Numbered from the stretch's first letter, positions 28,247 to 38,706 are shown. The stretch is DNA of 63,463 bases from an uncultured Nitrososphaerales archaeon (GCA_938091495.1 CALLJF010000021.1:1-63463); one strand, 5' to 3'. Made by a program: numbers and translations. The notes: generated by a model not told the origin, from the letters alone.

Positions 28247-28651
28247 TCAACTAGTCCCTAAGGGAGGCTTTTTCTGCACATATCTGTAGTTTCTTTGAGT
28301 TCCTTGCCTTGTAAGCATGTTCTCTCTTACTAACTCTGTCAAAGAGTGAGATACAGCAGTTCTATCGTAATGGTAACCTCGCCTTGCCAATTCATTATGA
28401 ACATCGCCTAAACTTTTAGCATCAGAGAACCAGCCTTCAGACCATAAGTTCTCTATCAATCCTCTACAAGTTAAGGCTCCTCTTGGCTTTTCTGAGATTT
28501 CTGTTTTAACTTCAGGTACAGAACTCAAGCCTGAAAGAACGCTCTCTATAGTCTCCTTGACCTTACTCTCTTCACACTCTATCTCCACTTCCCAGTTTCC
28601 TTTCTTTAGCCTTATCCTTACTATGCTAGGTCTTGACAAACTCTCTCCCAT
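28247..28651 (-). CDS. Conserved winged-helix-like DNA-binding protein
   Basis: RIRLKKG.WEVEIEC N-domain plus LW.EGWF..AKSL.DVH.EL.RRGYHYDRTAVSHSLT.LVRE..L.R.G..RNY.Y; start refined to MGES. Confidence 0.7.
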   Translation of the reverse strand: MGESLSRPSIVRIRLKKGNWEVEIECEESKVKETIESVLSGLSSVPEVKTEISEKPRGALTCRGLIENLWSEGWFSDAKSLGDVHNELARRGYHYDRTAVSHSLTELVRENMLTRQGTQRNYRYVQKKPPLGTS

Positions 28652-28718
28652 CTTGTTTATTGTTGCACAAGTTGCGCAACATTTATTAACCAGGCTCTTT
28701 TCTATATTGTTGAACAAG

Positions 28719-29777
28719 ATGGGCAAGCAATTAAACCTTCCGATTGGTGAAAAAGTTCTTCCAGATACATCCCTCATAGCTGAATCAATTACTAAAAAGC
28801 TGTTTCATAACGTTGCATCACGCATTTTAAAACTTTCGAGCAAGAGGGTAATTTTTAGCACAGATAACTCTAATATGAAGCCTATCGGGGGATGGCCTTC
28901 AAATGAGGAGATAGAAGCAAAAGAGTTTTCAACTGTATCTCAGCCAACAATCTTAGCAGCTTTAGATTCATCTTGCATTCATGTGGCAGATGTTGAAGAT
29001 GGCTCTATTTATGCAGCCCGTGTTGCATCTGCCTTTTTTTACGATCAAAAGCCCCAAAATCATGTGAGAATAGGACCAATAATATTTTATTTGAACGAGC
29101 AGAACTTAATGGATGAGGAATATGCAGATGAAAGGCTCTCTAGACTCGTTCTGCTAGATGATTCATTGGCTAAATCTATGATAAGGGTAAGGTTGGAGAG
29201 AGCCTTTGCCATGGAATTGGCTAAAAATCTTTCGGGAGGCATTATCATGATCGACGGTTCTCTTAGAAGTTCTGTCTTTGATATAGAATTTTCTAATCTT
29301 TTGGATATTTTAAAATTAGCAAAAAGGAATGACAATAGAATCATAGGAATCTCAAAATCCTCACGGCATAGAATATTGAACAAGCTATCAGGAAGGCTTC
29401 ACTTAATAGGAAAAGCTCCCATCTACTCTGATATTCATCAACTGATAAGTCCCATACTCAAAGGAATTGAGGGGCGTGTCTTACTTGTTAAGTTCACTAA
29501 TGATGGTTTGGTCTTTAGGGTTGATGTCAGCAAATTTGACGATGAATTTGATGATACTTTATCGAAAGTAAGATATAATGACTGCTTCTTCAGAGGATAC
29601 CCAGAATCACTAAGACTTGCTCATCATCTCTCAATATTCACAGGCTCTGAGGATACATCTATCAAAAGCTATCTATTAAAGAACCTAGGTGTAATAGAAC
29701 TCCCAGCAGAAGACCCTCGCAAGATAGCATTAGGTAGCCTAAAGGTAAAATCTCTAAGGAAGGTTGTATTCAGATGA
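28719..29777 (+). CDS. nurA: NurA-family nuclease
   Basis: LAALDSS, IMIDGSL, IGISKSS and GYPESLRLAH motifs; coupled to a downstream HerA-like ATPase. Confidence 0.8.
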   Translation: MGKQLNLPIGEKVLPDTSLIAESITKKLFHNVASRILKLSSKRVIFSTDNSNMKPIGGWPSNEEIEAKEFSTVSQPTILAALDSSCIHVADVEDGSIYAARVASAFFYDQKPQNHVRIGPIIFYLNEQNLMDEEYADERLSRLVLLDDSLAKSMIRVRLERAFAMELAKNLSGGIIMIDGSLRSSVFDIEFSNLLDILKLAKRNDNRIIGISKSSRHRILNKLSGRLHLIGKAPIYSDIHQLISPILKGIEGRVLLVKFTNDGLVFRVDVSKFDDEFDDTLSKVRYNDCFFRGYPESLRLAHHLSIFTGSEDTSIKSYLLKNLGVIELPAEDPRKIALGSLKVKSLRKVVFR

Positions 29778-31255
29778 GAGTAATAGAAAAATCTGGGAAT
29801 GAAGTTCTTCTTTTGGCATTACCAAATGAGAAATTGTCACGTGGAGAATACATCCTAATAGAGGATAGAATTCAAAGAACGAGAATGATAGTTCAAGTCT
29901 ACGATGAATCTTATCTAGACTGGCCTGAGCTTATGAATGATCTTGTAAGAGAGGAGATATTGAACAATTCTGCTCAAAGAATAGAACATGATCCTTTAGA
30001 GATAAAGACTATATCCTACCTTATCAGAGACATGAAGTTACTTAGGTGCAAGATTAGGGGTATTGTCAACGGAGATAATCTGACCCTAAATGATTCTTGG
30101 CTTCCATCAAGGGTAACAACGAAAGCTACTAGGTTATCCATTTCCGAGCTTTTCTCTCTTACAAAAAGGGAAGGTTATAGAATAATATCCATAGGAATTA
30201 CTAACAGCGGAGAAGTTTTTCATATTAATGCTGAAGCGCTTGATGGTAGGCTTAACATAATCACTGGTAAAAAAGGTACAGGAAAGTCTCACTTAGCAAA
30301 ATTGATCGTTAGCAAGTTAGTCGAGTATGGCGCATATGTGATTGTTTTTGATTTAAATGATGAATATGGGGGAATAGGATGGAATAAGGATGGAAAGCCA
30401 AATTCTATAGGCGATAAGGTCGTAAGCCTTACACCAGGAGTCTCCTTACGCTTTACTCTTGATTACATAGGCTTATCAGGCATGATAAACATGCTTCAGC
30501 ATACCTTAGATATTCCTGGGGCTTCTTTGAGAGAGTTCATAAGAATTTGGGAGTTTTTGGAGTCTCAAGGCTCATTAAAAATGAGTAATCTTGGAGATGC
30601 TATTCAGAAGTGGAGATGTAACGAATTGATCAGAGACGCTTTATTCTCAAGATACCATACAATGCTCTCCTCTTATTTGTTTTCGGATGATCCTGAGGGA
30701 TCAACAAAATTTGAAGATCTATTTTCAAAACTTAAGAAAGGAGGAGTCATCATAATCTCTCTTAGCCGTCTTCAGCCACAAGTGAGAAAAATGTCTGTAG
30801 AACTCATATTGAGCAAAATTGTCCATCTCCTTGAAAGGAACAGAATCCCGCCTATCTTTCTATTCGCAGAAGAAGCCCATCTTTACCTCAGAGATACTTA
30901 CTGGGATGATATTGTCACAAGGATGAGGCACTTTGGAGTTTTCACTACTTTCATAACAAATCAGCCAGACGCGATAAAAGACTGTATATATAGGCAGGCT
31001 GATAATCTCTTCATATTTAACTTCACCAACGACGTCGATCTTGAAACTATCTCTCGCGCTTCCACAACCGATTCAGATACGATAAAATCCATTGCAAAAA
31101 CATTGCCACCAAGGGCTTGCATGATACTGGGAAAAGTTGTGAACGATTTACCTGTAGTAATCACAGTAAAGCCCACAGATATGCTTACCTTGGGAGAGAC
31201 CAGCCTTTTCTTTAAAGATTACATAAAAGACAATCTAAGAAAAGCGTGCAACTAA
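29774..31255 (+). CDS. herA: HerA-family (DUF87) ATPase/helicase
   Basis: Walker A GKKGTGKS, FDLNDEY, Walker B FAEEAH and R.RHFG....ITNQP motifs. Confidence 0.85.
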   Translation: MRVIEKSGNEVLLLALPNEKLSRGEYILIEDRIQRTRMIVQVYDESYLDWPELMNDLVREEILNNSAQRIEHDPLEIKTISYLIRDMKLLRCKIRGIVNGDNLTLNDSWLPSRVTTKATRLSISELFSLTKREGYRIISIGITNSGEVFHINAEALDGRLNIITGKKGTGKSHLAKLIVSKLVEYGAYVIVFDLNDEYGGIGWNKDGKPNSIGDKVVSLTPGVSLRFTLDYIGLSGMINMLQHTLDIPGASLREFIRIWEFLESQGSLKMSNLGDAIQKWRCNELIRDALFSRYHTMLSSYLFSDDPEGSTKFEDLFSKLKKGGVIIISLSRLQPQVRKMSVELILSKIVHLLERNRIPPIFLFAEEAHLYLRDTYWDDIVTRMRHFGVFTTFITNQPDAIKDCIYRQADNLFIFNFTNDVDLETISRASTTDSDTIKSIAKTLPPRACMILGKVVNDLPVVITVKPTDMLTLGETSLFFKDYIKDNLRKACN

Positions 31256-31324
31256 TTTTGATAGAGATGTGTAACTGATTTTCGACAAAAGCTTAATATC
31301 TGTTAGCTAATTACTAAAGTCTTA

Positions 31325-32014
31325 ATGCTTTCCGACATAGACGATGTTCTTGCGAAGATAGCCGGAAATGTCGTAGCGAATCCAAACCCTTGTAGCGCTC
31401 TAAAGGTTTGGAGGAAGAGGCTTAACGTAAAACAGATTCAACTTGCAAGGGAGATGAAAATATCCCCTTCTGTCTTGAGCGATTATGAAAGCGGAAGGCG
31501 TTCTTCGCCAGGGGTAATTTTCATAAAAAAATATATTGAAGCACTAATAAAATTGGATAGGGATCATCAGCGCATCCTTGACGGGATCATGGAGCCTAAA
31601 GACAAGTCTGCAATAATTGCTATAGGGGAATTCAAAGAGCCTGTTCATGCAAGAACGATAGTTGAATTGGTAAATGGTTTGGTTCTAAAAGGTGAAGAAC
31701 GCCTTACCATGAATATCTATGGCTACACAATATTGGATAGCATAAAAGCAATATACGATCTATCAGGCTTCGACTTTTATAGAATCTTTGGTGCTACTAC
31801 AGAAAGAGCTTTGATCTTTACCAAAGTAGGTCTAGGGCGATCTCCCCTCGTTGCAATAAGAGTATCACAACTAAAACCTAGAATGGTAATTCTTCAAGGA
31901 CCGAAGGTTGTAGACCCTCTGGCTATAGACTTGGCTGAGAAAGAGAGAATAATCTTTGTCTTATCGTCTTTTTCGGATGAAAAATCATTCATAGAAGCAT
32001 TAAGCAAACTATAA
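31325..32014 (+). CDS. HTH-domain protein (COG1709-like predicted regulator)
   Basis: IAG.VV..PNP..ALK.WR, ISPSVLSDYESGRR.SPG and FTKVG.GRSPLVAIRV..LKP motifs. Confidence 0.85.
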   Translation: MLSDIDDVLAKIAGNVVANPNPCSALKVWRKRLNVKQIQLAREMKISPSVLSDYESGRRSSPGVIFIKKYIEALIKLDRDHQRILDGIMEPKDKSAIIAIGEFKEPVHARTIVELVNGLVLKGEERLTMNIYGYTILDSIKAIYDLSGFDFYRIFGATTERALIFTKVGLGRSPLVAIRVSQLKPRMVILQGPKVVDPLAIDLAEKERIIFVLSSFSDEKSFIEALSKL

Positions 32015-32076
32015 TCTATTAAATTTGACAAAAAAGTATTTGAATCAGTTATTTTAATCGTAAAAAATGGCAGACC

Positions 32077-32889
32077 ATGTCGTCTTCAGTCATAGAACCA
32101 ATTGTTTACTTTCTTGTTGTTATTACTTTTGGGTTGATAGCTTTCAAAGCCAAGGCTGTAGACTTTGGTGGTCTCATTGCTTCTATCTTTATAGGGTATA
32201 TGATTCTTTTGGGCAGTGGTTGGTACTGGTTTCTTATAATGCTTGTCTTCTTCACGATTACCACTCAGTTTACAAAATTTAAGTACGGCTATAAAGAGAG
32301 GCTTGGCTTTGCTCAAGAAAAGGGAGGAGTTAGGAGTTGGCCTAATGTATTGGCGAATGGAGGCGCTGCCGCCTTTTTTTCTGTGATGGAGTTTCGTTTT
32401 GGTGGAGGAATTTATGCAGTAGCCTTCCTCGGCGCCGTGGCTTCGGCTACAGCAGATACTCTTGCTACAGAAGTAGGCTTGTTAAGTAAAAAAGAGCCTA
32501 GGCTTATAACCAATTTGAAGAAGAAAGTTCCTGCAGGAACATCTGGTGGAATCACTCCCATTGGGACCATAGCCGCCTTTTTTGCATCTTTTATTATAGG
32601 GATAACGGCAACGATTCTTAATATCGTAGGAGAAGCTTCACCAATAAAGATACTGGCTATAGTAACCTTAGGAGGCATCATAGGGTCTATCACCGATAGT
32701 ATTCTTGGAGCTACTATTCAAAGAAAAGGCTTATGTGAAAATTGCGGAAAGATGACTGAGAGTTCAAAGCATTGTGGTAAGATTACAAAGAAACTGAGGG
32801 GAATAGGTTTTGTAGATAACAACGTAGTGAACTTCTCTTCCACCGTTATTGGCTCCCTTATAACATTAACCTTCTTTATTCTAACTTAA
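32077..32889 (+). CDS. DUF92/TMEM19-family membrane protein
   Basis: R.W.NVLANGG, ADTLATEVG, GT.GGIT..GT and DS.LGAT.Q motifs. Confidence 0.9.
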   Translation: MSSSVIEPIVYFLVVITFGLIAFKAKAVDFGGLIASIFIGYMILLGSGWYWFLIMLVFFTITTQFTKFKYGYKERLGFAQEKGGVRSWPNVLANGGAAAFFSVMEFRFGGGIYAVAFLGAVASATADTLATEVGLLSKKEPRLITNLKKKVPAGTSGGITPIGTIAAFFASFIIGITATILNIVGEASPIKILAIVTLGGIIGSITDSILGATIQRKGLCENCGKMTESSKHCGKITKKLRGIGFVDNNVVNFSSTVIGSLITLTFFILT

Positions 32890-32907
32890 GATTAAGTCTA
32901 TTATAAA

Positions 32908-34641
32908 TTAGGGATCAGAAGGGCGCAAAAGCCCTAATAAATGATCAGGAAGGTCTTTTATAGTTAACCTCTTTTGTTTCCATGTATCTCTATCTCTTAT
33001 AGTTACAGTATCATCATCTAAAGTCTGGTAATCTATTGTTATAGCAAAGGGCACCCCAATCTCATCAGCCCTAGCATATCTTCTCCCTATGGAGCCGGAA
33101 TCATCGTATATGGCATCTATCCCTCTCCTCCTCAAATCCTCCCATACTGCTACGGATTTTTCTTGTAATTTATCCTTTGAAACCAACGGAAAGACCGCTG
33201 CTTGAACTGGCGCTAGATATGGGGGAATTCTCAGTATGGCTCTATCTTCCTTCTCTGAATATGCATGTTCAAGAGTTGCGTAAACTAACCTCTCTATCCC
33301 AAAACTAGGTTCTACAACATGAGGGATAAAGCGCCTGACTTTGACCTCTTCTTCAACATCAACAAATTCAATCGCTTCCTTCGGCAATTTTAAACCTTCA
33401 ACCACTATTGCTCCACTGTTATCAATCTCTCTCTTTGCATCCTCTGGACTCATTTCCTTCAGTCTTTTCATTAAATCATTGAATTTGTCTGGGAAAATTT
33501 CTTTGATCTTTTTCGAATTAATGTTCATCTTCAAATGCTTAACCTTGATTGGTTCTTCCAACTGTACTGAAACAGATAGATCGACTGAGCTCTTCTTCAT
33601 ATGAGATGATAAATCATAATCAGTTCTGTAAGCATGTCCAGCCACTTCGACCCATCCAAATTTATCTAATAATACTTCATGATCATAAGTTTGAGCTGAA
33701 TAATGAGCTCTCTCACTTGGAAGCTTTGCGTGAAACCTCTGCTTATCCTCGGGTATTCCCAGCTTTATTGCGAATTTCTTTGACAATACCATGAAGTATG
33801 CAAGCCACTCTTGTTTTATGATCCCCTTACTCAAAGCATCTTTAACACTGATTATTAGAGGCTCTTCAATTCCTTTTTCGACCAAATCTTCTGGAAGTAT
33901 CCTAAGCTCTTCATTTTCCACTTGATTTAATAGAGGACATTTAGGGTTCAAAGGATCGAAAAAGAGCTCAATTTCCATCATTGAGAACTCTCTTAGCCTT
34001 ATTACACCTTGCCTTGGAGAGATTTCATTCCTAAAGGCTTTTCCTATCTGTGCAACACCAAGAGGCATCTTTCCTCTAGATATTTCATAAATACGCTTGA
34101 ACTCTGTGAAAATTCCTTGGGCAGTTTCAGGACGCATAAACCCCTCGCTTTCACTGTAAGGTCCTATGGTTGTTTCGAACATAGTCAGAAAGTGCCTTAC
34201 ACTCCACTTTGTATTTCCACAATCTGGGCATTTTACATCTCCCTTGTTGATCTCTCTCTCCGTGTCTTCTATGCTCATCCCTTCTGAAATCTGGCGATTG
34301 TATTCCATGAGCAAATGATCTGCTCTGAACTTCTTATGACATTTTGAGCACTCTGCCATTGGGTCTTTGAAGCTTCCTACATGGCCTGATGCTTCAAACA
34401 CAACGTAAGGGGATATTAAGGGTGTATCAACTTCAGTAAAATTATGTCTATGAATGAAATAATCTCTCCATAATCTTATTGTTTTATCTTTGAGCTTCAC
34501 ACCCAATTCCCCAAAGGATACGAAACCGCCTACTCCACCGTAGATTTCTAGGGCTTGCCAGAAGAAGCCTCTTCTCCTCGCCAACTCAGCCAATTTGTCA
34601 GCCTTGCTCTCTCTTTTCGACTCCAATGTATCTCTTTGCAA
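32908..34641 (-). CDS. glyS: Glycyl-tRNA synthetase (archaeal/eukaryal type)
   Basis: RRRGFFW...IYGGVGG, RPETAQG.F, FRNEISPRQG..RLREF and EPSFGIER motifs. Confidence 0.97.
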   Translation of the reverse strand: MQRDTLESKRESKADKLAELARRRGFFWQALEIYGGVGGFVSFGELGVKLKDKTIRLWRDYFIHRHNFTEVDTPLISPYVVFEASGHVGSFKDPMAECSKCHKKFRADHLLMEYNRQISEGMSIEDTEREINKGDVKCPDCGNTKWSVRHFLTMFETTIGPYSESEGFMRPETAQGIFTEFKRIYEISRGKMPLGVAQIGKAFRNEISPRQGVIRLREFSMMEIELFFDPLNPKCPLLNQVENEELRILPEDLVEKGIEEPLIISVKDALSKGIIKQEWLAYFMVLSKKFAIKLGIPEDKQRFHAKLPSERAHYSAQTYDHEVLLDKFGWVEVAGHAYRTDYDLSSHMKKSSVDLSVSVQLEEPIKVKHLKMNINSKKIKEIFPDKFNDLMKRLKEMSPEDAKREIDNSGAIVVEGLKLPKEAIEFVDVEEEVKVRRFIPHVVEPSFGIERLVYATLEHAYSEKEDRAILRIPPYLAPVQAAVFPLVSKDKLQEKSVAVWEDLRRRGIDAIYDDSGSIGRRYARADEIGVPFAITIDYQTLDDDTVTIRDRDTWKQKRLTIKDLPDHLLGLLRPSDP

Positions 34642-34716
34642 AATTCCATCGGATAGGATTAAAGGATTACTATGCTATAGCTTCTACATTATTAGTCAAC
34701 TCAAAAATCTGGCATA

Positions 34717-34738
34717 TGAATCATAAGTATGTGATTCA
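34717..34738. promoter_or_regulatory. Inverted repeat TGAATCATA-N4-TGTGATTCA, candidate operator between glyS and the GYD gene
   Basis: 8 of 9 positions complementary; located in a divergent intergenic region. Confidence 0.3.
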
Positions 34739-34794
34739 CAACTGAAGCTGATGACAAACCTTATCTTAAGGGGGATAAATCAAACTTGATAAAA

Positions 34795-35063
34795 ATGCCC
34801 CAATATATCATTCTTATAAATTGGACAGATCAAGGGATAAAGACCATAAGAGCAAAGCTCTTATAGAAAAAGCCGGTGGAAAATGGCAAGCCATATATTT
34901 CACGTTTGGTCAGTATGACGCTGTGGGAATAGCAGAGTTCCCTAGTGATGAGGCGGCAGTATCCGCTTTTCTAGCTCTGGGAAGTTTGGGCAATGTTCGC
35001 ACCACAACCCTAAAAGCCTTCAAACAAGCTGATTTCGTCAAAATTATCGAAAAACTCCTGTGA
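34795..35063 (+). pseudogene. GYD-domain protein, frameshifted
   Basis: ATG 34795 gives MPQYIILINWTDQGIKT, with stop at 34864. Another frame carries KALIEKAGG..YFTFGQYDAV.IAEFP..LGNVRTTTLKAF. The linking segment typical of the family appears deleted. Confidence 0.75.
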
Positions 35064-35178
35064 CAGAAACTATTTTGCTAGTTTCTAATCACACCTTTTT
35101 TATAAAATTAGAATTTAAGAAGTTAGATTGGTAAACGAACCTCTAGCTAATTAGGATATATAAGCATCCCACAATAAA

Positions 35179-35859
35179 CTATTCCATCGTAGCATGAATC
35201 AAAACATGATCTTTGTCAAAGGGTTCAAGTTCAATAACTTGCTCTATCTTGAAGCCTGCTTTCTTAAGCTTTTCTTCCTCCTCTTTGAAGACTCTAGAAG
35301 GTTTCTTTGTTACGTCTATACTTCTCGATTTGACGGCTAGAAGGAGATGGCCATTTTTCTTCAAAAAATGCTTGCAATTGGTAATTGCTATATCTGTTTG
35401 GTCCGGCTGGGCTATGTCACAATAAACAAGATCGACCTGCCCAAATGTAGAATAATAATTCTCATGCTTTCTTGCATCTTCGATAATAGGTATCATGTTC
35501 TTTCTATACTTTACACATCTCTCCATGAGTTCTCTTGCCACTCTAGGAGAAATTTCAACACAGAATATTATCCCTTTATCTCCTACTATGTCTGAAATAT
35601 GACTTGCAGTAGTCCCTGTAGAAGCTCCCAAGTAGAGGACTTTACTACCTTCCTTAAGCGGTAAATACTTGAGCCCATTTATTATGGCTGCAGAAAGCTT
35701 ACTTCTAAAAGGGTCCCACAGCCTGTATTCAATACCTTTATCAACGATCAGTCTTTCGCCATAAACTTGAACTCCTGGAACAAGGTTGATGGTGGCTATC
35801 TTCTCTTCACCATTTACCGTCAACCAATAGACTCCTTGAAAGTCACTTCTTTTTTCCAC
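35179..35859 (-). CDS. flpA: Fibrillarin-like rRNA/tRNA 2'-O-methyltransferase
   Basis: YR.WDPFRSKL.AA, VLYLGASTGTT.SH.SD and DIAQPDQ motifs. Confidence 0.97.
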   Translation of the reverse strand: MEKRSDFQGVYWLTVNGEEKIATINLVPGVQVYGERLIVDKGIEYRLWDPFRSKLSAAIINGLKYLPLKEGSKVLYLGASTGTTASHISDIVGDKGIIFCVEISPRVARELMERCVKYRKNMIPIIEDARKHENYYSTFGQVDLVYCDIAQPDQTDIAITNCKHFLKKNGHLLLAVKSRSIDVTKKPSRVFKEEEEKLKKAGFKIEQVIELEPFDKDHVLIHATME

Positions 35860-37039
35860 TTCTCTTCACTTTTTTTAACTTCTTAACTCTCTTTTCTTCT
35901 CTAGGTGGCTCGCTGTATTTTACCTTAATTTCTTCTAATCTTTTTTGAAGTTTCTGCTCGATTTCTTTCTCTTCGCTCCCTCTGAAGGCATCGATTCTCG
36001 CTGCTATGGCTATCTTTGTCGCTAATGATCTTGCTATTTTGCCTCTCTGCCATTTTGGAGCGGAATGGACGGCTGGATGTTGAAAGATAATGCCATGTTT
36101 TGGAGGCCTTGTACCAGTGCGCAAAGCCCTGAAGAGGGCCTTCTCTGCCCCAAGAACTTGTATAGTGCTAGCAGGTAGCATAGCTAACTTCTCCAAACCT
36201 CCTGCCTTGGCCATCAGTCTAGCTCCTATGGTAGCTCCTACTATAGATGTTATGTTTGGTGCTATCGTTCTCATATTTCTCTCAACATAGCCTGAAAGCT
36301 TATCTCTAAGAGAATCCATTTTTATCACTTCTTCAGCTATTGCCAATATTCTCCTCAAATCCTCTTCACGAAGATCTCCTCCCTTAGATTTTTCAGTTGA
36401 GATAGATACGGCCTCAGCCTTCTTAATAGAGAACCCAAACTTTACAAGCTCTTCTTCTCTTATATTCTTCCTCTCACCAAATTTGTTAACGAATTTTGAA
36501 TACGTTAACGGATCGTCGATTAGAGAGCTGAGTTCAGGAAAATGTAATCCATACCACTCTTTTACTCTTGTAGCAAGAATATTCAAGGTTTTGTCCACTT
36601 CATCGAGAGCCTGTATGGCTTCTATTACATGGAGGTCTGGCCTTGCTGAAACTTCTCTTAACTTGATTTCAGATAAAGTTATGGCAAAATTCCTAATTTT
36701 GTCTCTAGCATCATCCTCAGAGCTTGCTAAGCCTGATTTTATCATGAGTTCTATCTTTCTTGACCTAAGCACATCCCTCAAATCACTTGGGAACTCTTCA
36801 ACTTTGAAACCTTCTCTGCCTAGCTCTTTCCTCAACTCGTCTTCGACTATCACCAATGCCTCCAAATCATTCATAGAATTTGATAAAATTTCCTTAAATT
36901 CTAAAGGCAATTCTCCTCTTCTTAACCTCTCATAATTCTCAACCTTTGCATCCTCTGGATACTTCCATGTTGAAACAACGTTAAACTTCTCATCTAATAT
37001 CATTGCTCCAATCTCAGACAAGTACAATATGCCCCTCAT
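35843..37039 (-). CDS. nop5: C/D box RNP protein Nop5 (Nop56/58)
   Basis: EWYGLHFPEL, APN...VGA..GARL and PASTIQVLGAEKALFRAL....PPKHG motifs. Confidence 0.97.
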   Translation of the reverse strand: MRGILYLSEIGAMILDEKFNVVSTWKYPEDAKVENYERLRRGELPLEFKEILSNSMNDLEALVIVEDELRKELGREGFKVEEFPSDLRDVLRSRKIELMIKSGLASSEDDARDKIRNFAITLSEIKLREVSARPDLHVIEAIQALDEVDKTLNILATRVKEWYGLHFPELSSLIDDPLTYSKFVNKFGERKNIREEELVKFGFSIKKAEAVSISTEKSKGGDLREEDLRRILAIAEEVIKMDSLRDKLSGYVERNMRTIAPNITSIVGATIGARLMAKAGGLEKLAMLPASTIQVLGAEKALFRALRTGTRPPKHGIIFQHPAVHSAPKWQRGKIARSLATKIAIAARIDAFRGSEEKEIEQKLQKRLEEIKVKYSEPPREEKRVKKLKKVKRSGKKK

Positions 37040-37232
37040 CTTCTCTATACCCTCAAGATAGAGAATATGGGTTCAATATAAAATGTTACGGGTACTCTGG
37101 AATTGGATTTATACCATCGCGCTCATTTTTTAAATCAACGAAACTCTTCATGCTTATCTCGATAAGACTAGTGATTGAGAGTAAGCGCAGAAAGGTTATG
37201 AATTTCTTCATGCTTCCGCAGTGTATAAATAA

Positions 37233-37835
37233 GTGAAAAACTTACTATTACATTTGCCAGGGGTGGAGTTTATCTCCCAAATAGCAGAACGCGACATCAA
37301 AATCTTAAAGGCAATATATGAAATGGAAAAGGCTACACCAGAAGAGCTAGCCAAAAAACTGGGCGAACCTTATACAGTTTCAGATTTGACCGCCTATCTG
37401 AACCGTTTAGAGATGGAGAACCTTTTAGAAAAAGTTCAAGAAGAACCATTGACCTATAAATTATCTGGCCTAGGCCTCATAGCCGTAGGCGCCTTACCTG
37501 AAAAAGCGAGAAGAGTTTTTTTGTTGGTATCCTCAGACAAATCCTTCTTTTTTTACACTGGAGTAGGACCAGAAAACTTCACAGGAATCATCGCTCGCAG
37601 TCTCTCAGACTTCAGAGAGAAGGTTAAAACAGTGGATGTGAAATCATTAGAGTTTCACATTCCAAGGCATGACATAGAAAGATGGGTTAGAGATGTGTTA
37701 GAAGATGAAGGACTAGCTAAAGAAATTGAACAGATCAGGCAGCTAAAACTTGAGGGTGAGCCGCTGAGAAATCGCATTTTAAATACGGTGGATTTCCGTA
37801 TCAAAGAACTAACTTCTGTCTTCAAATTCGCGTAG
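37233..37835 (+). CDS. Winged-HTH protein fused to a DUF5752-like domain
   Basis: N-terminal wHTH pattern; C-terminal FFFYTG.G...ARSL.DF.EKVK.V...SLEFH...D.E.WV.DVL.D..LA..I. Confidence 0.7.
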   Translation: MKNLLLHLPGVEFISQIAERDIKILKAIYEMEKATPEELAKKLGEPYTVSDLTAYLNRLEMENLLEKVQEEPLTYKLSGLGLIAVGALPEKARRVFLLVSSDKSFFFYTGVGPENFTGIIARSLSDFREKVKTVDVKSLEFHIPRHDIERWVRDVLEDEGLAKEIEQIRQLKLEGEPLRNRILNTVDFRIKELTSVFKFA

Positions 37836-38039
37836 TACCAAATGAGGTGTGCTTTGCTGTAGCAGCTTTTTACTCCTAGAGCCGTATCTTTAAGCAATTA
37901 TGAGACTTGTTAAATTCATAATATTTCCAAGATGCCTAGATCAAATTTGCAATATTCTGAAATTCAAAGACTATTAAATAAGCCATAACGAACTAACCGA
38001 AAAACTTTAATTTTTATCAATCCTATAGACGCAGGAGAC

Positions 38040-38330
38040 ATGCAGACTGCAAAACCTTGTTCTCCCACATGTGCATTCTTTAGATGTGGTCGCAAAGCCT
38101 TACAGATAAGGGGTTCTAGGCCTTGGTGTAGCTTTACTAATGATTACTGTGATGTCAAACTTTGTGCATTTTTGCAGTGTGTGAGAGGTAAGCTGATTTC
38201 AGGAAACATGTGTGGGCTGATGGTTAAAAGGTTAACCATCGATAAGCTACGCCCTGAAGATTTCAGTGTTGAAATAAAGCTCAAAGGAAAGCTTGCAAAG
38301 CGTTTGGGCGAAGATAGAGATATAGTGTAA
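38040..38330 (+). CDS. Conserved Cys-rich hypothetical protein
   Basis: CSPTCAFFRC, C.FTND.C...C.F..C....L...G.C; likely metal-binding. Confidence 0.7.
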   Translation: MQTAKPCSPTCAFFRCGRKALQIRGSRPWCSFTNDYCDVKLCAFLQCVRGKLISGNMCGLMVKRLTIDKLRPEDFSVEIKLKGKLAKRLGEDRDIV

Positions 38331-38381
38331 AAATAAAAAAGGCCGTGTTGGCACATAGCCTACGGCATCACAGGATACTGG

Positions 38382-38636
38382 TTAAATTACTTGCCCAACT
38401 GCATAGCTTGGTTTAACTTGGGTTATCTTTATCTTGACACTATCTCCTTGCTTTGTATTTGGCACGAAGATAACGAAGCCTTGAACCCTTGTCAAACCAT
38501 CTCCTCGTCTACTTATCTCCGATATAGTGATGTCCAGTTCATCACCAACCTTAACAGGTTTAGGCCTGAAGAAGGTTCTTGGAAACTTTCGACGTGGAAA
38601 ACCTTGCTGTTGGGGTTGTATCTCCTCTTCAGACAA
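38382..38636 (-). CDS. Single TRAM-domain RNA chaperone
   Basis: PKPVKVGDELD.TI.EISRRGDG..RVQGFVIFVP..K.GD.VK.KI..V. Confidence 0.93.
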   Translation of the reverse strand: MSEEEIQPQQQGFPRRKFPRTFFRPKPVKVGDELDITISEISRRGDGLTRVQGFVIFVPNTKQGDSVKIKITQVKPSYAVGQVI

Positions 38637-38706
38637 TTACTGCGTCCTTCCTTTCTTGATCGAATTTGCGTCATGCCTATATTTAAGCCTTATTTTAAAT
38701 CTATTG

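Noticed and set aside
34740-34790. Possible C/D sRNA (CTGA..CTGATGA..TTGA)
   Set aside because: No convincing box C or terminal stem, and no rRNA complementarity recognised.
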